Of a stretch of 64,000 nucleotides of DNA, positions 57,577-64,000 are shown piece by piece. Under the pieces are notes generated by a model. It worked only from the letters and a program-made list of their open reading frames with translations. It was not told the DNA's origin and did no database searches. A program made the translations under genes and the position numbers. Positions within the stretch are counted from its first letter, which is position 1. Each line of letters opens with the position of its first letter. Source of the stretch: Candidatus Bathyarchaeia archaeon (lineage in GTDB: Archaea > Thermoproteota > Bathyarchaeia > Bathyarchaeales > Bathycorpusculaceae); the NCBI GenBank assembly GCA_038727135.1, contig JAVYWL010000001.1, positions 320,001 to 384,000 of the forward strand. Reading direction: 5' to 3'.

Positions 57577-57596
57577 CAGCCACCCATTCCCTTTCT

Positions 57597-59063
57597 TTAA
57601 AAACACCTGTAAAATTCATTAAAAACCTTTAAGAACAGCTTCTGCAAAAACTGTTCTACTCTTAGCCCTTCCCTTTTAGCTAACCGTCTAACAGCCTTGG
57701 CAACACCAGTGGCATATTGAACAGCCTTCTTTGGTCTATAAACTATCTCGGAGGGCAGCCCAAGCCTCTCTGCAGCCCTTCTCAGAACAGTCTTTCGGAG
57801 GGGGTCGCTTGGCGACTCTACTTTCATTTTTAATGGCAAGTTTAGGGCGAACTCGGCAATTGGGAAAGAGGCGAAGGGCAGGCGGAGTTCCACATTGTTA
57901 AAGGCACAGATTTTGCTGTCCCTTTCAAAGTTGCTCTCATGCATTGTTAGGATGTCGTGAACCATCGCCTTTTCAGCGGCTTCTTCTCCAAAACGCTTGT
58001 AAATGTTTAGATAACGCTTATACCCGCCAAAATACTCGTCTGCCCCCTGACCGGAAAAAAGAACCCTAAAACCAAGCTTAGTTGCCTTTTCAGCAGCCCA
58101 AAAGATTGGCACGCCGATGCTTGCCGTAAGGGGGTTAGGTTCTTCTATTGCCAACAAAACTTTGGGCAGCGTTTGCGCTACATCTCCCTCATCATATAAG
58201 AATTCATAGAAGGATACGTCAAGTTGGCTAGCGGCTTTTTCGGCTCGCTCCGTTTCCGGCTGTTTTTTGAGGCTCACGTGGATTAGGTGAACTTTGACCC
58301 CAACCTTTTTTGCTAGCCACGCAATCAGGCTGCTGTCTAAGCCTCCCGAAAAAGCCACTGCAACCTCGTCTAAGCCATGCGTTCTTTCTATTGTTGACTG
58401 TTTTAAGAGTGTTTGAAGCCTTTTGACTGTTTCATCTATTGATAGGGATGACATTACAGAACGACTGAGAACTTTTACTGGCTTCATCTTGGAACCTTTT
58501 TTGTCCGCTATTAATAGATGCCCCGGTGGAAAAGACTGCGCCCTTTTTATGCCAATTTTCCATAATGCCTTGCGCTCGGATGCGAAGGCAAGAATGCTGC
58601 CACTTTCGCCGTAATAGAGCGGATACAAGCCTAAAGCGTCTCTTCCAACGATTAGTTTCCCATCTTCAGCCATGGCGAAAGCGAAGCATCCGTCAAATTC
58701 TCTAACTAATGCTTCTGCACAAACATCAATGCCCTTTTCAAGCTTCTGTGCAACAGTATAAGCCTCCGAAGGCTCAACGCTTAGAGCGTAAATTCTCCCA
58801 TCAAAGATGAAGGTTGCATTTCCAATTTGTTTTAATTGGGGCTTGTCTTGGGCTAAAACCTTTAGGAAAACATGTCCTATGGCTGTTTGGGATTTCAAGT
58901 CTTCAATTTGCAATTTTTCCAGCGACCTTGTCACTTTGACCTGGTTTTTTGTCGCAATGCCGAAGGTATCTGCGCCTTCCCGCCCCAGAACGGCAAGCAT
59001 TGAACCCACTATTTGAGTAGCGTTTTCTCCTTTTCTATCAAAGACCGCAGCAATTGCCTTCAT
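57597..59063 (-). CDS. Asparagine synthetase B-like protein lacking the N-terminal Cys
   Basis: RD.LG..PLYY, FASE.KAL, FSGGLDSS, SGQGADE.FGGY, ELRLPF, R.KKA.QY. Confidence 0.85.
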   Translation of the reverse strand: MKAIAAVFDRKGENATQIVGSMLAVLGREGADTFGIATKNQVKVTRSLEKLQIEDLKSQTAIGHVFLKVLAQDKPQLKQIGNATFIFDGRIYALSVEPSEAYTVAQKLEKGIDVCAEALVREFDGCFAFAMAEDGKLIVGRDALGLYPLYYGESGSILAFASERKALWKIGIKRAQSFPPGHLLIADKKGSKMKPVKVLSRSVMSSLSIDETVKRLQTLLKQSTIERTHGLDEVAVAFSGGLDSSLIAWLAKKVGVKVHLIHVSLKKQPETERAEKAASQLDVSFYEFLYDEGDVAQTLPKVLLAIEEPNPLTASIGVPIFWAAEKATKLGFRVLFSGQGADEYFGGYKRYLNIYKRFGEEAAEKAMVHDILTMHESNFERDSKICAFNNVELRLPFASFPIAEFALNLPLKMKVESPSDPLRKTVLRRAAERLGLPSEIVYRPKKAVQYATGVAKAVRRLAKREGLRVEQFLQKLFLKVFNEFYRCF

Positions 59064-59182
59064 GCCGTTAACCTTTGCACTTGCTACAAGCATAGTTTGG
59101 ATAGATAACCATTTAAATTAGAACGCTTGCGAAGGAATGTATAAAAAGTTGTAGCGATGTCACCCACCTTCGAGAGGAGAGT

Positions 59183-59899
59183 TTGATGCCGGACATTAAG
59201 CTTGTAAGTTTTGATGTTTGGGACACTTTGTTGTCTGTAAAGTCCTATTATCGCAGCGTTGCCTTCGAATTGGCAGAGTTCATGAATATGCCGCCAGAAA
59301 CAATTGAGAAACGACTTGTGGAAGGTTATGGGAAGGTTAGGGCTATTAGGAGAGCCGGCGGGTTTAATGATTCTGAAATCGTTCCGTTGGCTCTTGAGGC
59401 GATAGCTAAATTTCTTGGCGTAAAGGCTGAAATCGTCTCACGAGCGGTTCTCGCTGCTACGGAGAACCATCCAGCTCAGCAGCACATTATAGAAGATGCA
59501 AAGGAAACTGTTCGCCTCGTCAAAGAGTTGGGGGTTAAGGTTGTGGTTGTGGGTAATGTGGTTTTTTGGCCTGGAAGCTACAATAAAGTCCTGCTTGAGA
59601 AGGCTGGTTTGTCTAGGTTTATTGATGAGCAGTTTTATGCTGACGAACTTGGGGTTTCAAAGCCTAAACCGGAAATTTTTGCGAAGGTGCTTTCAAGGTT
59701 TAATGTTCAGCCACGTGAGGCTTTGCATGTTGGCGACAGTGTTTTTGAGGATTTAGTTGGCGCCGTACTTTCCCACATGAACGTTGCTCTGATTGACAAG
59801 AACGTGGATGGCGTTGTTAAGCTTTCAAGCTGGAATGTCTACATAATCCCAAGAATAGGCTTATTAAAACGGGTTATCGAAGAACTGGAAAAGCATTAA
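59183..59899 (+). CDS. HAD-family hydrolase
   Basis: FDVWDTL, SKP.PEIF, HVGDS..ED..GA. Confidence 0.9.
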   Translation: MMPDIKLVSFDVWDTLLSVKSYYRSVAFELAEFMNMPPETIEKRLVEGYGKVRAIRRAGGFNDSEIVPLALEAIAKFLGVKAEIVSRAVLAATENHPAQQHIIEDAKETVRLVKELGVKVVVVGNVVFWPGSYNKVLLEKAGLSRFIDEQFYADELGVSKPKPEIFAKVLSRFNVQPREALHVGDSVFEDLVGAVLSHMNVALIDKNVDGVVKLSSWNVYIIPRIGLLKRVIEELEKH

Positions 59900-59935
59900 T
59901 CCTTAAGCATGCTATCTTTTCAGAGGGAATAAGGC

Positions 59936-61306
59936 TTGCCGATCCTTCCAATTGATACTGGGCGTTATGGGACACCCGAGATGCGACGGATTTTCGAGGA
60001 GGAAAACAGAGTTCAGAAAATGTTAGATGTGGAGGCTGCTTTGGCTTGGGCACACGCCGAAGTTGGCAACATACCACGCGAAGATGCAAAGCGGATTATA
60101 GCTGCGGCTTCGCTTAAGCATGTAAAGCTGGAACGAATAAAAGAGATTGAGCGGGAAATTAAGCACGACGTCATGGCTCTTGTTAGGGCTTTAGCCGAAG
60201 CAAGCGGTCCAAGCGGGGCTTATGTGCATCTTGGCGCCACAAGCTACGACATTGTTGACACAGCAACAGCCCTCCAACTGAAGGAGGCTTTAGAGCTTAT
60301 TGAGAGGCGGCTGAATGATTTTGAGAAAGTTCTGGTGGAAAAAGCATTGTGCTATAAGAAAACTTTGATGATGGGGCGCACTCACGGGCAGCATGCGCTT
60401 CCAATAACTTTGGGTTTTAAGTTTGCTGTTTGGATGAGGGAGATTTCAAGGCACATTGAGAGGCTTAGGCAGTGCCGCGAACGAGTGGTTGTGGGCAAGA
60501 TTAGTGGGGCTGTTGGCACCCAGGCGGGTTTAGGCGAAAATGCCATACGCATTCAAGAGCTTGTGATGCAGAGGCTTGGTATAAAGGCGGCTGACATTTC
60601 CACCCAGATCGTGCAGAGGGACCGTCACGCCGAGCTTGTCTGCCTTTTGGCTCTGATTGCTTCGAGCCTCGAAAACTTCGCCACCGAAATTCGTGAATTA
60701 CAGAGACCGGAGATTGGTGAGTTGGCGGAGCCCTTCGAAGCTGAAAGGCAGGTGGGCAGTTCAACAATGCCTCATAAGCGGAACCCTGAAATTTGCGAAC
60801 GTGTTTGTGGCTTAGCTAGAATAGTGCGAAGCCTAGCGGTTCCAGCTTTGGAGAATGTTGTGACTTGGCATGAACGCGACTTGACACAGTCTTCTGCTGA
60901 ACGCTTCATAATTCCAGAAGCTTGTATATTGGTGGACTACATGCTATTTCTAATGACAAATATTGTGGCTAACCTATACGTGAACGAGGAGCGCATGCGC
61001 CAAAACATTGAACTAACGCAAGGGCGGGCAATGTCAGAAGCCGTAATGATAGCCCTAACAAAGAAAGGGATGAGCCGCCAAGAAGCCCATGAATTATTGA
61101 GAAGGCTGACGATAAAGAGTGAGACCGAGAAGCGTCCTTTTAAAGAAGTCCTCCTGGAAGACAAAATTGTAAGCAAGAAGCTAAGCGAAAAGGAAATTGA
61201 TGAGGCTCTGAATCCGCGGAATTATTTAGGCACAGCCTTGAAGCAAGTTGAGCTTATGGTGGAGAAAACCAGAAAGGAGCGAAAAGAAAGGGGTTTAGCT
61301 GACTAG
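59936..61306 (+). CDS. purB: Adenylosuccinate lyase
   Basis: RYG..EM, HDVMA, HLGATS.D, GRTHGQHA, SSTMPHKRNP..CE. Confidence 0.97.
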   Translation: MPILPIDTGRYGTPEMRRIFEEENRVQKMLDVEAALAWAHAEVGNIPREDAKRIIAAASLKHVKLERIKEIEREIKHDVMALVRALAEASGPSGAYVHLGATSYDIVDTATALQLKEALELIERRLNDFEKVLVEKALCYKKTLMMGRTHGQHALPITLGFKFAVWMREISRHIERLRQCRERVVVGKISGAVGTQAGLGENAIRIQELVMQRLGIKAADISTQIVQRDRHAELVCLLALIASSLENFATEIRELQRPEIGELAEPFEAERQVGSSTMPHKRNPEICERVCGLARIVRSLAVPALENVVTWHERDLTQSSAERFIIPEACILVDYMLFLMTNIVANLYVNEERMRQNIELTQGRAMSEAVMIALTKKGMSRQEAHELLRRLTIKSETEKRPFKEVLLEDKIVSKKLSEKEIDEALNPRNYLGTALKQVELMVEKTRKERKERGLAD

Positions 61307-63534
61307 TATTCTGTCAGGGCTTTCTGTTTCCACTCTTCTTCTTTTTCGAGTTTTTCCCATGCTTCTTTTTTGACGAAGCCGCCCACTTGTTCTTTTATTT
61401 TCTTTGCTAGTTTCGGTCCTATGAGTGGCAGGTTCATTAGTTCCTCGATTTGGGCGTGTTTTATGTCCTCTATTGTTTTGTATCCAGCATTGTATAATAT
61501 GCGTCCGCGGACTCTTCCTATGCCCTCCAGCCTTACTATTGGTAATAGCTCTTTTTTGACTCCTTTTTCCACCCTTTCCATCAGTTCCAGCGTCAGTGGT
61601 TGGGCTTCCTTGTTGTTGAATAGAACCGCTAATTCGTGGGTGGCGTAAAGGAGCCACTTTGCGCTTTCAACGGTTCTGTATAGGTCTCCGGGCTGAACCT
61701 TGAACTTTTCTATTATTTCGTCTTCGCTCGCCTCCTCTATCCAAGCCTTCAAAACCATGGCTGTTTTCACTTCCGCCAAAAACTCTTCGTAGTTTATTCG
61801 GTCTTCCCACTCGTTTGGCACTGTTGTTAGGAACTCTTCGCGGTGTTCTTCTGCGAAAATCGCTACTTTGTCAAGTTCGCTTGCGCTTGGTCTGAAGAGG
61901 GGGCGCATGTCTGGCGTGTGGGCGATCATGTGGAGGAGGCTTAAATCCGTTAATAGGGGCGGTTTTTGGCGTAGGGCGTCGCGGATTATTACGGCTGAGA
62001 CTGGGTCTATGTAGAGTTCGCTGACACGTTTGCCGAATCTTGTTGCATAAATGTTTGTTCCGCTTACATCAATCATTTCTTCGTCGTATAGGAATCGCAG
62101 TATTTTGGCTATAACATTCTTTATCGCGTTAATATCGTATTGATAAGCGTAGAAAGTTTTGCCGAAAAACTCGTATATTCCGGCTTCGGTGTGGGCGTAG
62201 TCTGCGGCTATTGTTGCAAGCACATGCCCCCGCAGTATGCGTTCTACGGCAAGCCTTGACCATATGCGCTCCGGCTTTGCCAGCACATAACTCTCCATTA
62301 AATAGTCGGCTTCATCATCCGTCCTTGCGATTAATACAGCTTCGCCGATTTTATCGTATTTTGGACGCCCCGCTCTCCCACACATCTGCTTGTATTCCAA
62401 AACGCTTATGGGATAATAGCCATAACCAGGTTCGTATCGCCTATAATCGTATATTATGACTGTTCTTGCCGGAAGATTAACGCCGAAAGCCAGTGTTGGC
62501 GTAGCTGTTAAAACCTTAATTTTTCCTTCGCGGAAGGCATCCTCAATTATTTTGCGGTGGGCTCCGCCCAAACCAGCATGATGAAAAGCCACTCCACACT
62601 TGACAAGTTCGGCTAGGAGTTCACTTATCCTTGTTTTTTCTCCAGCTGCCAGAATGCGTTCTGCTTCGCGTTCCAAAGCCCTTTTCATGGGTTTTGAAAG
62701 GATTTCTCCGATCTTCGCCGCTGTTTTCTTCGCCAGTGCTACAGAGCTTTTCCTTGTGGCAGCAAAAATTAGGGCTTGACCGCCAGTCTTAACCGTATGC
62801 AGTGCCAAGTTTATGGCTGGATTTTTAACCTCCTTCTCGATTTTTCTTGATTCGCCATCTCTGAACTGAATTTCGTTGTGAAGGAGTACGCCCTCTCTCA
62901 AAAGTATTGGGCGCCAGTCTGTTGTTATGTATTCGGCTTTCAGCCACTCAGCAATTTCTTGAACGTTGTTTATTGTGGCGCTTAAAGCCAAGATTTGGAT
63001 TTCTGGGTTTGTCTGCATAAGCCTGGCCAAAACCACTTCGAGGGTGGGTCCGCGCTCCGCCTCGTTTAGCAGGTGCACTTCATCAGCCACTACGAGGCTT
63101 ACATCGTCCATCCACTTGGCTTTATGCCTCAAAAGCGAATCAACCTTCTCATTTGTAGCCACAATGATGTCGTAGCGCTCCAGCCAAGGGTCAGAGCTAT
63201 CATAATCGCCGGTGGAAATGCCAATGCTTACGCGTTTTCCATTCGGCTTTGTGATGGCTGAGTACTTCTTAAACTCCTCGTATTTTTCGCTGGCTAAAGC
63301 CCTTAAAGGTGTCAAATAGAGAACTTTGCCGTCGCCTTCCAGAATGTGTTTTAAGGCGCAGAGCTCAGCAATCAAGGTTTTGCCAGAGGCCGTTGGACTA
63401 GCCAAAACAAGGTTTCGCCCCTCCAAGGCGCCAGCCTTTATGGCTTCTTCCTGCGGTGGATAAAGCTCAACAATTCCAGACTTAAGCAGAACTTCTTTAA
63501 CCGACTCTGGAATTGGAAGGTCCGTTATCCTCAC
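61303..63534 (-). CDS. hel308: Ski2-like helicase Hel308
   Basis: LYPPQ, PTASGKT, DEVH, LSAT, HHAGL, TPTLAFGVNLP, QMCGRAGRP, C-terminal HhH (GIGRVRGR.L). Confidence 0.95.
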   Translation of the reverse strand: MRITDLPIPESVKEVLLKSGIVELYPPQEEAIKAGALEGRNLVLASPTASGKTLIAELCALKHILEGDGKVLYLTPLRALASEKYEEFKKYSAITKPNGKRVSIGISTGDYDSSDPWLERYDIIVATNEKVDSLLRHKAKWMDDVSLVVADEVHLLNEAERGPTLEVVLARLMQTNPEIQILALSATINNVQEIAEWLKAEYITTDWRPILLREGVLLHNEIQFRDGESRKIEKEVKNPAINLALHTVKTGGQALIFAATRKSSVALAKKTAAKIGEILSKPMKRALEREAERILAAGEKTRISELLAELVKCGVAFHHAGLGGAHRKIIEDAFREGKIKVLTATPTLAFGVNLPARTVIIYDYRRYEPGYGYYPISVLEYKQMCGRAGRPKYDKIGEAVLIARTDDEADYLMESYVLAKPERIWSRLAVERILRGHVLATIAADYAHTEAGIYEFFGKTFYAYQYDINAIKNVIAKILRFLYDEEMIDVSGTNIYATRFGKRVSELYIDPVSAVIIRDALRQKPPLLTDLSLLHMIAHTPDMRPLFRPSASELDKVAIFAEEHREEFLTTVPNEWEDRINYEEFLAEVKTAMVLKAWIEEASEDEIIEKFKVQPGDLYRTVESAKWLLYATHELAVLFNNKEAQPLTLELMERVEKGVKKELLPIVRLEGIGRVRGRILYNAGYKTIEDIKHAQIEELMNLPLIGPKLAKKIKEQVGGFVKKEAWEKLEKEEEWKQKALTEY

Positions 63535-63640
63535 TTGAACGCGCCTTTTGTCTTCCCTATTGCAAACTAGAGAACGAAAGCTGTTTAAAACGTTATTGAA
63601 AAACAGAAATTTTGAAAAATAAAAAGGAATACGTCTAGGA

Positions 63641-63931
63641 CTATTTCCTCAAGGCCGTGTATAAATCCGCTGCTTTTGTTGGGTCATTTATAGAGAAGAA
63701 CTTCCACTTGATTTCAGGCGAATAGAAGTTTGCAATGTTTTTAAGCGTCTCTGAGTCGTCTGTCTCAAACAAAGTGAAACCCTTGCTCTCGCCAGTGAAC
63801 TGGAAAGGCCCAAAAATTAGTTTAGCAAACTCTTCGTTTCCCTTTTCCCTCTCGGCAGTCATTTTCCTAAACTTTTCAATGACGTCCATAACGTCGCCTC
63901 CAACAACCTTCCAAAATCCTATATACTTCAT
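63641..63931 (-). CDS. DUF3303-like small ferredoxin-fold protein
   Basis: KYIGFW start and KGFTLFETDD motif. Confidence 0.6.
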   Translation of the reverse strand: MKYIGFWKVVGGDVMDVIEKFRKMTAEREKGNEEFAKLIFGPFQFTGESKGFTLFETDDSETLKNIANFYSPEIKWKFFSINDPTKAADLYTALRK

Positions 63932-64000
63932 ACACTTTTCACCTCCAAACACTTAGTTTTTATGCTGAACTTCACCAACAAGCAAAGAAAGCAGCCTTTC

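Noticed and set aside
1-64000. CRISPR arrays, rRNA genes, IS elements
   Set aside because: No regularly spaced repeats, rRNA-like stretches or transposase ORFs were seen; intergenic gaps are all short.

Overview
Archaeal chromosomal segment, most likely Bathyarchaeia. This is inferred from the archaeal ribosomal proteins, Ftr, tetraether synthase, Hel308 and a NosD/CASH surface protein. Housekeeping content: a ribosomal/SecY operon from uL22 to cmk (including an unlisted uS14), hydrogenase maturation genes hypE and hypFCD, tetraether lipid synthase, a complete beta-oxidation/ETF cluster, tRNA-Gly(CCC), purM-purS-purL-purQ, purB and hel308. The best candidate for an undescribed system lies at 1-2626. 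There, a threonine-synthase-fold protein has its PLP Schiff-base lysine replaced by Arg and carries a C-terminal PadR-like winged helix. It sits directly upstream of a 9-6-9 palindrome abutting the TATA box of an ECF S-component plus PurM/ThiL-family gene pair, suggesting an enzyme-derived cofactor sensor (possibly vitamin B6) controlling a salvage operon. Other notable items: a bacterial-type rsmH next to the tRNA, an atypical basic Hsp20 inside the ribosomal operon, a ribophorin-I-like protein, a stand-alone SRA-like domain, and a sharp orientation-independent keto-skew switch near 42.4 kb. All homology calls come from motif recognition; no searches were run.
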